DNA of 44,774 nucleotides, filler included, from Catajapyx aquilonaris (Eukaryota): assembly GCA_000934665.2 (NCBI GenBank). It is 2 parts of 2 records of this genome, joined end to end, with 100 filler letters (N's around TTAATTAATTAA, not from the genome) between each part and the next. Parts side by side here need not be neighbours in the genome. Positions count along the whole stretch, not along the records: positions 22,654 to 44,774 come from KZ539438.1; 1 more part is not named here. One strand, given 5' to 3'. Below, one piece after another: positions 26,601 through 35,658 of this stretch. A program made the translations under genes and the position numbers. The first letter of the stretch is position 1. Every line of letters starts with the position of its first letter. The notes under the pieces are model-generated. The model saw only the letters and a program-made list of their open reading frames with translations. It searched no databases and was not told the DNA's origin.

Positions 26601-29600
26601 TATCATAATTCAATTTTTAGTGGATTTGCAAGAGCTGCATTTTGGGTTGATAAGGCACACAATATACTGTACAAATATCCATGCACATAAGCCTATAGGA
26701 GATTAGTATTGGGAAATAATGGATCAGGATGACTGACCAAAGCGTCTTGTTATACCACTGTCAGCTGAATAAGGTAGCTCCCACCCACAGCCCTATATGG
26801 GTGGGCGCTTCATTTTGAACCTGAGCAGCTTACTTATGTGTATTAAATAATTTTATGGTTTCATTAGAAATTTTTGTTCATGCTTGTAGTCACTAATAGT
26901 GTTGATCCTTTTGTGTTTTGCTATGTGTTAACTGAGAAACAATATTGACAATGAAGGGATGAAAGGATTCTCTTTCCAGGATCATTTGCTTCTCTGATCA
27001 CATTGATTTTCTTATAGCTGGTTCATTTTCAAATTCCAGTCCAGATTTGGCATAAGATTTTAGTGTGTGCCTTTTTGCATGCCACTGACTTTGCTTGCAT
27101 TGTCTGGGGTGATTAATTCATCGAATCTTACCCATCCCTCTTCTTTGGATTGCCAACATGGGCACAGAGGCACCCTCTATTTACAACCACATCATCTTAA
27201 TAATAAACCAATTAAGGTGTGGGATAACACTTGTACTGCATTCAACAATTATTTCTAGTTTGAACAGTTTTGGGTTGGGATTGTAAATGAAAATTCTCTT
27301 AGTGGAGTTCAAGGTGCAGCTATAGTGCTGTCCAGAATCAAGTATTTACAGGACCCTTTTCTGTTCCAGCACACCCAATACCACATGGCATTGCAAACGA
27401 CATCAAACTTGCAAGAACAAAAAGCAAGGATCAACTGAAAAATGATCCTGCACCTAAAGTAGCAGAGAAGAAAGCTACAAATGCAAAAAGTGCTGTCGCC
27501 GAGAGAGATGTTCGTTTGCCATTGAGAAGGAACAGAGTAACTGAAGCAACCCCAGACCCCCGTGGAGATGGGAAGCAATTGAGGAGACGCGAGCATTGGA
27601 CGCACAATGGGGAAATTGCTACCAAGAGAGGGGAGCCTTCACGGAGGAGTACCAGACAGATGAAGACTGCTGCACCTATTGTTGTAGAAACAAGTACCTG
27701 TGAAGAACCAGAGAAGGGTGAGAAGATGCTCATAGATAAGGAGGACATAAAATATGACTATGATGAAAAAATGCTGCCTGATGGATCAAATGAGGATTCA
27801 ATCATCACAGCTGCTGTGCAACAATTGACTGATCTCAACAACCTCCAAAATTATAGAATACGGGAAAAAGAACGTATTAGCCACAATGAGAATGGTTATG
27901 GAATAAGTAGCAGAATCCAATGTGCTAATGGCAACAGGGAACCAAATCCACCTGGCAGTTCCTTTTCTGGGAATCCACTACCCACTGGCAGTGCTGTAGA
28001 GAGTTTGAACACCCTGTTGATGAATGAGCGAACCATACAAGAAACTCCTCATCAGGGAGTGAATGAATTTAATGATACATTTGAGACTGTCACAATTGAA
28101 GCGATCAAAATTTTGGAACAAAAATGTAACGAGAATGTCAACTGTAGAGGGGATGCAAGACCAGCACATGACCATCCAGATGCAACTGTAGCCACTAGGA
28201 ATTCAGGCGAGCCTATGAATATTTCTAAGAGCCCACTTGTTCGTAAGGACGGTTCATGGCATGATGAGAGATTTACACTAGGAGGGGGAAATAATGATGG
28301 ACGTGCTAATTACATAAAGTCTCCTTGCAAGCGAAAACAAGAGGAAAAATTGGATGACAGTGTCCCACAGAATTATAAAATCAGTCGAGGCTCTAAAATC
28401 AGTCGAGGTGTTCAACCAGTTGTTCGACTGGAAATGATTAATGTGTCAGACGATGGGCAAATAATTCGTGCAGGACAAACAAATCCAGCAGTCAGTACTG
28501 AAAAGAATGCTGAAGCAGTGACATCAAAGTACTCTCTTTCAAGACGAATACGGCGAAGTGTCCTAACAGATGATCATCCAGTGAATGCCTTGAAAGATAA
28601 GACAGAAATGGGTGGATGTAATGAATCAAACATGAAAACTGGTCATGTTTCCCAGAGTGTGTGTGAGGAAATACCCAAGGACACAAATAACTCTCTTGAA
28701 AAGGATGCTTTACCTAGGACAGAAGAGATAGAGAAGGCAAATTCCCGTATAAGGAATAGTCCTGCAAAGCCTAGGACCAATGTAGATGATGCTCACCAGT
28801 TGGATGGAGCCAAAGCAGTTGTTGCTGATGGGAACGCTGGCTCACAAAGTAACACTATTACAGAGACTTGGTCAGCAGGCGTAAGTCAGGCAAGTAGTTC
28901 TACTGAAAAAGACTATCCCAGACACCAGGCACGATCTCATGAAGATAGAGATTCGAAAACTGAAGAAGCACACAAGAAAGAAATGATAATTGATTATAGA
29001 AAAGATGAGTCAGTTAAAGTGCATCAGCATGAAGAACAAAGGAGCAGCATTCAGAAGAAAACTGTGTCTGGAGTCCAAGATTCAGGAAAGAAGGCAAAAG
29101 AAGATGGCAGAAGAACTGATAAAACAAATGCAACAAAACCCCATAGTTCTACTTCAAAGCTAGGGAGTGACAGAGTACAACATGTTGACAATCCACTGAA
29201 GCATAAGGAAGGTATGGCACATCGTAAGTGGACAGGCTCAGAGGCAGGAAAGGCAAGCTCAAAAAGAAAGCAGGAAGTACCTGGAGAATCAGCTGGAAAA
29301 ACTAGTAGCATGACTCACAGTGAATTTCTGCGGCAGCGATTTATGAATGAAGGTGAAGGTAAGTTACCTATGGATTTGAATACTTCTGAAATGGTTACTG
29401 GTATCTAATTCTGATAACAGTGGTTCTTAAATGTGTTGCATGTAGGCAGTGGTGAGCACAGCTAACCGAAAGTTTAGCTTTGCTAACAGCTAATCAGCTG
29501 ACTAAACCAGTTGACTTTGCTAAATCACTGCCGCTGAACAGCTAGAAATAGTAGTGGAAGCTGACGCTAACTTTTATTATATGCATTTAGCCTTTTTGGC

Positions 29601-32600
29601 TCTGCGACCCTTTAAAATATAAAAACAGATCAAGAGTGCTAGAGCCTAGAGACCACTGGTACACACACGCCTTATTTAGTTATTTAATGTTCCTTACAAA
29701 AAGCAAAATAGTTGAATGGATTGTAACAAAAGTATTACATTTTACAAGGGCAAGTCAAAACAAATTGAAATTGATTTTTTATGTGACTGGCTGCATGTGT
29801 ATCCTGGTCCTGCAACATTTTGCTGTAATGTCATATTGTTATTGCCTCATTTGTACCTGCCTTTAGTTGCTTAGCCGTATGTTCTACTGAGTGACCATAT
29901 TTGATCAGTGTTTTGGTGTTTTTTTAAAAGGCTTCTATTTTATGTTGCAGGAAGTGCAGTAGATAAGGTGCGAGCCCATCACCTGAAGATAGACGACATA
30001 TGCATTGCTTGCAGAGTGCTGTCAGCTGAACCATCTGAATGTCATCCATTCTTTGATGGAGGAATCTGTGAAAAGTGCAGGAAGAAAATTATCAAAACCC
30101 TTTATGTTTGCGGGGAAGACGGGACCAGTGTAAGTGCACTGTTTATTTTATTGCAGTCAGTTATTGCATTAGCTCTTGGTTATTGAGATGTCATTGATTA
30201 TTATGTAATGAGTGAGTTTACTGTCTCATTTATCAAATAATGGCATACCAATAAAACATGGTCCAGATTGAGAAGTTGCTAATCTAGAGGCTTTGCTAGA
30301 CTGGTAAGTGTAGGTTGGGGGTTTCTCATTACTTCTTTGACTGGGAAATTTAGTCTTGCATTAGAATACCAACATCTGAATCACATAGGAATGGGAAAAT
30401 CTGCTGACCTAGTAGGTCTACACTACTGGAGCAAAAAGAGAAGTACGACAAGTGTCGTTACTGCAAACTTATTTGTATGTGATTTCTGTAATATACCATG
30501 TACATTGAGCCCCTGTTTCCGAGCCACCGGTTCATGATTCACAGTGTCAGTTACCCGAGGTTTTAAAATACGAAAGAGCTATTAATGAAATATCCAACCC
30601 ACTGGGGTACGACAATAATAATTTTTTAAAATCATTAAATATTCAATGTTGTCAGTCTCATTTCCGTTTTCCAAGGATCCCCAAGGACACCACACTTGAC
30701 CTTGGCACATAGAGTGAACCCAGAAAATCAGCAGTGACTGGTCACCATAAGTAGACCAAGACTATGCAGTATTATATTATATACAGGGTCCGCTGAATCT
30801 GAATCCAAAAACCATTTGTCATCTCTGTTGTGGTTTAGGCCCTGATACCTGTCCACTTACATATGGATGGGCAGAGCCTTTCTATAATCCCTTTTTTAAT
30901 GAGGAAAAGTCTAAAAGTTTGGACAGTGTTATCCTGGAGCTACATAACCATCAGGCTCTGGCAAGGTGAAAAGTTGCAGTACCTTTAACTTGCTGGAGTG
31001 CTCATGGTTGCATTGCATCAGATTGTGTTGGTACGTCTGACACTTTTGGCATGCAGCACATACATATGCTGTTGTTGTTCTTTCAGCGTCACTGTATCAT
31101 CTGCAGTGAAGCCAAACAAGTCATTACCTGTTCAAAACGCACTTGTAACAGGTAGTACCTTTACTTGAGTCATAGAGTGGCTGTGCAGAATTACTGAACA
31201 TGGTTAAAATATGAACCTCTTTCACCCATAGTACCTTTTGCAAGAAATGTTTGAAGGCCTTAGCAGGCCCAGAAGAAGTGGAAATGATATTGGGAAGTGA
31301 CCTGACAGTGTGGCGTTGTTACTTGTGCAGGGATGACTATGAAAAAGTGGATTTACTCTCCAAGCGGAATGGATGGCAGCGTTATGTATGTAAATTAAGT
31401 AACTAATGCAGTTACAGTGACATGATATTAAATATTTTGTTATTTCAGGTAATCAAGCTGTACTCACCTTTTTACTACATAAGTCACAAAAATGTGTCTT
31501 ATAAGATTCGTGAAATGCGAGTTCTCTCTGTTTTTGATGGGATTGGAACAGGTAGAGTAAAAGGAGACATTGTGATTGCATGATAGGTACCAGTTACAAC
31601 CAGTGAGGATTTTGAGAGGGCTGGAGAATGTCAAGTACAATTTGCTTAGTGTGTGCATGAGATGGAAAATATAATGTGGCATTGCTGCAGAAGTGACATA
31701 GGAATGTCTTGTGGTGGGCAACATGTAAGGATTCAAATATATCATAGATTCAGTGCAGATCAATATATTTTTTCAACAACTTGGCGTTTCATTTACAGGG
31801 TGTTTCAGAGTCACAGGGTCAAGCGCGCGCAAGGGGGTGGGGAAAAATCGTAGGTGGCGACAACCCCGGTCGGTTTTATAAAACAATTAGAAATACGGCA
31901 GTAATCAATTTATTTATTGCGGCTGCACTGCGTGACATCACATCCTTTCTATTCGAATTGAGTGGCGCGGAGTGGCAGGTTGAACCTGGTTGAACGGCTT
32001 TTTAGCCTTGCGGGTTGCACTGAAAATGGCGCTCTCATGCTACACTGGCAGGGTACTGAACACACTACTGTACAGTAGTACACTAATTTGTACAGTACCC
32101 TGCCAGTGTAGCATGAGAGAGCCTTTTCCGGTGCAACCCGCAAGGCTAAAAAGTGATTAACCTGCCAGTTCACGCCACTCAATTCGAACAGAAAGGATGT
32201 GACGTCACGCCGTACTGACGTAATAAATAAATTGATTACTGTCGTATTTCTAATTGTTGTATAAAACCAACTGGGGTTGTCGCCACCTACGATTTTTCCC
32301 CACCCCCTCGTGCGCACTTGACCCGTGACTGAAACACCCTGTATAGGGCAGGGTTTATGTATTTTTAAAACGGACAAATATTTAAAATAATGTGATTTTT
32401 CAACCAGGGCTGTATGTGTTGGATAAATTGGGACTTAAAATTGAGAGGTACCTGGCTGCTGAAAATGATGCAGATGCCCAGTGTGTAACTGCCCTGAAAT
32501 TTGGAGACAGAATCAGGCCCCTGGGCCCTGTTGAGAATGTGAGCAGTGCAGAACTGGACAGACTGGGACAGATTGACCTGGTCATTGCCAATATACCCTA

Positions 32601-35600
32601 CACTGCTGCAGAGACACCTCAGGCAGCTGCTGGTGAGTGGTGCCAAAACTTGTCATTTGTGTTGCAGATGGTGCAGATGGGATTCGACTGTATAAATAAT
32701 GCACTCTTATCCACTCCACAGATATTATGAATATGTTCCATGAATACCATCGCATATTACGATATGTGCAGATCCGCAACAATGGCCATCAAGTTTTCTG
32801 GTTGTTTGAATGCATGACAATGGAAAAGAAGGACCAGGACATTATGAGTAGGTGAGTTGCAGGGGTCAGGGTATGTACATTTTTTTTTTTTTTGTAAATA
32901 ATATATGTGTATAAACAATTGCATGAAGGGTCTTACAATGACTAGGAATTTTAGCTTGCAGCATACCCTTGAAAACATGCTAGTGATAAGAGACTCCTTT
33001 ACATGAATCCTTTGGGTGGAATCCCCCATCCTTGTCTCCTCCTGCCTGCAAGCTACCCCTGGCAGGTATCCCCAAAGCATGTTCCATTTACGGACCTTAT
33101 AATAATAGAACATTTTCTGCCAAGGTTGCAATCATACATGCTATGCAATTGACTAGATTCAGGATTAGTGTAACTGGCCTGGTATGGGCTCGGAGCTCCT
33201 GTGAGTATGTGAACACATCCTTTTCCACTGCCCCGAGTTTTATCACCAGACACTAAAATTCCTACTGGATACAGGCACATGGATAGGGATGTTTTGGACT
33301 TGCGTTATATTTATTTGACTACTGCATGATGTTAATTACGTTCCTGGAAATAATCATGCATTGTCTGAGTAGTGTGCACATGAGGGAAGGGAAGTGTATG
33401 TTCAGAGTAGGTGTTTCTTTGATTCTTAAAATCTGGAGGTGGGGAGTAAATGTGGATCCTGCAATCTGTTTGTGGTTATCATTTATGTATCTTACCTACT
33501 GTATATCAAAAGTGGACCAGGTTTCAATGATATCTTGACAAAAAGAGGGCATCCATGTGGAGTTACAACCACTTAGTTTGAAAAGGGTGTTCACTCACTA
33601 TTACCTATTTCAAAGGTATACATTGCACAACTTGATGCAGCACCCCCTCCATGGCATATTATTCTGACTGATGATAACTCCCAAGGAGAGAATTGTGAAA
33701 TTTTAAGTTCATTCTGATGGTTGTTGACCACTACAACAGTTTGAGCAGACAGGCTTAGTTACTTGAGTGACAGGTGGTGGACATTGGTCTTGAATGGCAC
33801 TACAGTAGAGCATCGATTATCCGAAACAATTGGGGACTGGGAGTGTTCTGATAACCGATCAGTTACGAAACAAATTGTACTGGTGTCATAGGAGCAATAT
33901 GAAACAAAGAAACAGTGATGTAAAACACAAAACTGTACATTTTGTATCACATGCAGGGATGGAAAAAGAACCGCTTCTTGGAAGGAAGCGGTTCTTTTTC
34001 CATCCCTGATCACATGTCTTAAAAATACATACCTTACAGAGGGGGAAAGCACTGCAGTGCCACAGCACTAGCCGCCGCTTGCGGAACTACATGGCGCGCA
34101 AATTTGAACTTGCCGACTCGAATGCTTTTGGTTAACCAACGTTTCAGTTGATCAGTATTCGGATAATCTATGCTCTATTGTATTTCAAGGCCTCTTCCAT
34201 CTGCTTTGAACTTTGCATTATAATTTCAGTATCCCATTATGGGGAAAGAACCAAAACGTAAGCAATCATACACAAACTGTTTGTCTGTAGTAAATGTTAT
34301 AGTAAAATGATCATGCAAAGATGTGACTCGGGTGTCAAAGCAAGCGCTCTTGTAGCTTAGTGGCAGAGCAAGCACTTGATTCAAGTGTTGACCTGGGTTC
34401 GATTCCTGGCGGGGGCAGTGCTACATATTTACTCAGCCACATCTTGTTGCCTTTTTCACTACATTTTTATTGAAGCTCCGTGTGGACATATGAGAGACAA
34501 ACATTTTGTGAAGAGTTGCAGCACTTTTGCTTACACAAACTGCAGTTTCATTTAAGATAGAGATTGTGAGAATGATAACTTGGTTTTCTTATAACAGGAA
34601 TTGTTTTGAATTGTTTTATGCAGTTGTTTTTGCAAGTATACAACACTGAAATTAGAGATGGGATGGTTCCCCAGGGTAGTTTGAATCCTTGTAAAGCTAA
34701 ACCTTCTCTCTTGGCCCTGAGCAGAGAAGTGAAGGGAGTGCAAATCTGCCCAGACATGTCTGTAGAAAAGTGAAAAACGACATGCCCAGGGAAGTAGGCC
34801 TACGTGTGGAATCTGAAACTGCGTGTAGCTTATATGTAATGCAACTGGCAACTCTCATTGTACAGCACTGTCTAAATCTGCTCAAATGTTTTGATGTAGA
34901 GAGGTTCAACACACACACTTCACAGCCACTTTCTATAATACTAACAGTTATGGGATGTCAGTGTTGTATGAATATTAACGAGCTCCCTGCTCACATAAAC
35001 TACAAAAACTAAGTTGATGTGCAGAGGGTTACGGTATTTATGTGGTCTGAACACTTATTCAAAATTCTACCTTTCAGTTGCCATGAAGAATAGCTGACAA
35101 GAATAGATGCAGTTTAAGCACTGAGATTTTTGTGCCAAAATCTCAGTGTTTTTAAGAAAATTAAGGTACACTTTTGCATTTAGGTTCTTGGAATGCGAGC
35201 CTGTAAATCTGGATCCAGTGATGATTCCCAATACCTATTTTGGGAGATCATTTTGGGGCAACATTCCTGGCTTGCGGGCAACCCTTTGTCCAGAGAAGTT
35301 GGCACCACGGCTGTCTCTTCAAGAGTTTTTAGTTGGAGGTTCCAAGCCCAGGCTGACAGCAGAAGACACCTGCATGCTGCTCACTGTCCCTGAGCCATTG
35401 TCAGGAGGTCCTCCCATCAATGATGGAAGGTTCTTCCCATGTGGCACTACAGAATTCAAGTCCAATGCTTTGTACCCCATGCAGTGGTTCAGTGAGATGG
35501 TGACTGCCTATGGCATGAACAGCCAGTTGGCAGACCTGAATAGGCTCTCAATGGGGACCTGCAGGAGACTGCTCCGCAGAGCCTCCAGCGCCCTGGTCAC

Positions 35601-35658
35601 TGTTCACATCTTGAGAACCCTCACACACTTCTTTTCCTGTGTGGATGAGGATGATTAG
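23571..35658 (+). CDS. DNMT3: DNMT3-family protein (PWWP-linker-ADD-MTase fold), predicted catalytically inactive; 14 coding exons, ~1272 aa (5' end may extend upstream)
   Basis: Hand-spliced exons 23571-23670, 23780-23871, 25986-26087, 26182-26217, 26290-26328, 26393-26522, 27370-29358, 29951-30129, 31087-31151, 31232-31385, 31449-31551, 32408-32632, 32722-32851 and 35184-35658. All introns are GT-AG with compatible phases; total 3819 nt = 1272 codons + TAG. Collinear with DNMT3A motifs: WWPG, WVFWFGD, ADD cysteines, RVLSVFDGIGTG, DLVI, FWLFE, SRFLE, FWGNIPG. Confidence 0.93.
23780..23871 (+). CDS. DNMT3: DNMT3-like exon, PWWP core (IIVGASHCLMKQTKVGHEWVFWFGDHSVSA)
   Basis: WVxWFGD motif of DNMT3 PWWP; ag and gtatgt boundaries; phase 1 in, phase 0 out. 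Confidence 0.92.
24761..24862. other. Assembly gap after a poly-C tract, within a DNMT3-like intron
   Basis: 102 N directly after a C homopolymer. Confidence 0.95.
25986..26087 (+). CDS. DNMT3: DNMT3-like exon, PWWP helical part (VPGKNLCEFVPNFRDKYNSCRNPLYFAGVVEAIK)
   Basis: Pyrimidine tract + ttcag acceptor, gtaaaa donor; resembles the DNMT3 PWWP helix region. Confidence 0.85.
26182..26217 (+). CDS. DNMT3: DNMT3-like micro-exon (ECKTRVEKELEK)
   Basis: gatcttttag acceptor, AAG|gtaaaa donor; 36 nt, phase 0/0. Confidence 0.6.
26290..26328 (+). CDS. DNMT3: DNMT3-like micro-exon (QCKCDVKMEAGKK)
   Basis: gattttacag acceptor, AAG|gtaaaa donor; 39 nt, phase 0/0. Confidence 0.55.
26393..26522 (+). 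CDS. DNMT3: DNMT3-like exon, PWWP C-terminal helix (ELLSWAYKDF...TPDP)
   Basis: LLSWAYKDF aligns with DNMT3A MIEWALGGF; gtgagt donor at 26523. Confidence 0.85.
27370..29358 (+). CDS. DNMT3: DNMT3-like giant exon, ~663-aa low-complexity/disordered linker
   Basis: 1989-nt stop-free frame (ORF track 27516-29408); ttttctgttccag acceptor, gtaagt donor at 29359; phase 1/1 fits both neighbours; rich in S, K, E, D, T, N. Confidence 0.88.
29951..30129 (+). CDS. DNMT3: DNMT3-like exon, ADD GATA-like finger (IDDICIAC...HPFFDGGICEKC...GEDG)
   Basis: Matches DNMT3A IEDICISC...HPLFVGGMCQNC...DDDG; ttgcag and gtaagt boundaries. Confidence 0.95.
30695..30916 (+). mobile_element. Intronic decayed copy of the repeat at 192-400
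   Basis: Manual alignment: AGGGTCC.CTGAATC.GAATCC...GGTTTAGG.CCTGATACCTGTCCAC...GTCTAAAA. Confidence 0.65.
31087..31151 (+). CDS. DNMT3: DNMT3-like exon, ADD PHD part 1 (RHCIICSEAKQVITCSKRTCN)
   Basis: CxxC-x8-C-x4-C spacing as in DNMT3A YCTICCGGREVLMCGNNNC. Confidence 0.92.
31232..31385 (+). CDS. DNMT3: DNMT3-like exon, ADD PHD part 2 (FCKKCL...WRCYLC...LLSKRNGW)
   Basis: Matches DNMT3A FCVECV...WNCYMC...LLRRREDW. Confidence 0.93.
31449..31551 (+). CDS. DNMT3: DNMT3-like exon, MTase motif I (MRVLSVFDGIGTG)
   Basis: Near-identical to DNMT3 IRVLSLFDGIATG. Confidence 0.95.
31796..32341. mobile_element. Intronic Tc1/mariner-type fully palindromic MITE
   Basis: TIR CAGGGTGTTTCAG, ~265-bp inverted arms, TA TSD at 31794-31795 and 32342-32343; CpG largely intact, so probably young. 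Confidence 0.9.
32408..32632 (+). CDS. DNMT3: DNMT3-like exon, MTase motifs II-IV (degenerate: DLVIANIPY)
   Basis: GLYVLDKLGLKIERYLAAE...IDLVIANIPYT aligns with GLLVLKDLGIQVDRYIASE...FDLVIGGSPCN; gtgagt donor. Confidence 0.93.
32722..32851 (+). CDS. DNMT3: DNMT3-like exon, MTase motifs V-VII (MFHEYHRIL...FWLFECM...DIMSR)
   Basis: Aligns with LFFEFYRLL...FWLFENV...DISR; ccacag and gtgagt boundaries. Confidence 0.93.
33803..34180. mobile_element. Intronic mariner/pogo-type MITE
   Basis: TIR CAGTAGAGCATCGATTATCCGAA / TTCGGATAATCTATGCTCTATTG; TA TSD. Confidence 0.8.
33954..34008. mobile_element. 55-bp hAT-type mini element
   Basis: 24-bp perfect TIR CAGGGATGGAAAAAGAACCGCTTC; 8-bp TSD ATCACATG at 33946-33953 and 34009-34016. 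Confidence 0.85.
34346..34417 (+). pseudogene. tRNA-like SINE head or tRNA pseudogene
   Basis: A box TAGCTTAGTGG, B box GGTTCGATTCC, G-U-rich acceptor stem; the anticodon arm is a non-canonical palindrome. Confidence 0.6.
35184..35658 (+). CDS. DNMT3: DNMT3-like terminal exon, motifs VIII-X and stop
   Basis: FLECEPV...GRSFWGNIPG...LSLQEFL...SEM..YG...RLLRRASS..V.HIL..L..FFSCV matches the DNMT3A C-terminus (ends YFACV); TAG at 35656-35658. Confidence 0.93.

Noticed and set aside
27516..29408. Stand-alone 630-aa single-exon gene as shown in the ORF track
   Set aside because: It starts at TTG and is bounded by good splice sites (27370 and 29358) whose phases fit the flanking DNMT3 exons, so it is an internal exon.
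34346..34417. Functional tRNA gene
   Set aside because: No canonical 7-nt anticodon loop with U33, multiple G-U pairs in the acceptor stem and a short variable region; better explained as a SINE head or pseudogene. tRNAscan-SE would settle it.
23571..35658. DNMT3 pseudogene, or true DNMT3L orthologue
   Set aside because: No stops, frameshifts or broken splice sites in 14 exons argues against a pseudogene. PWWP, intact motif I and the invertebrate-like context argue against DNMT3L orthology, pending phylogeny.
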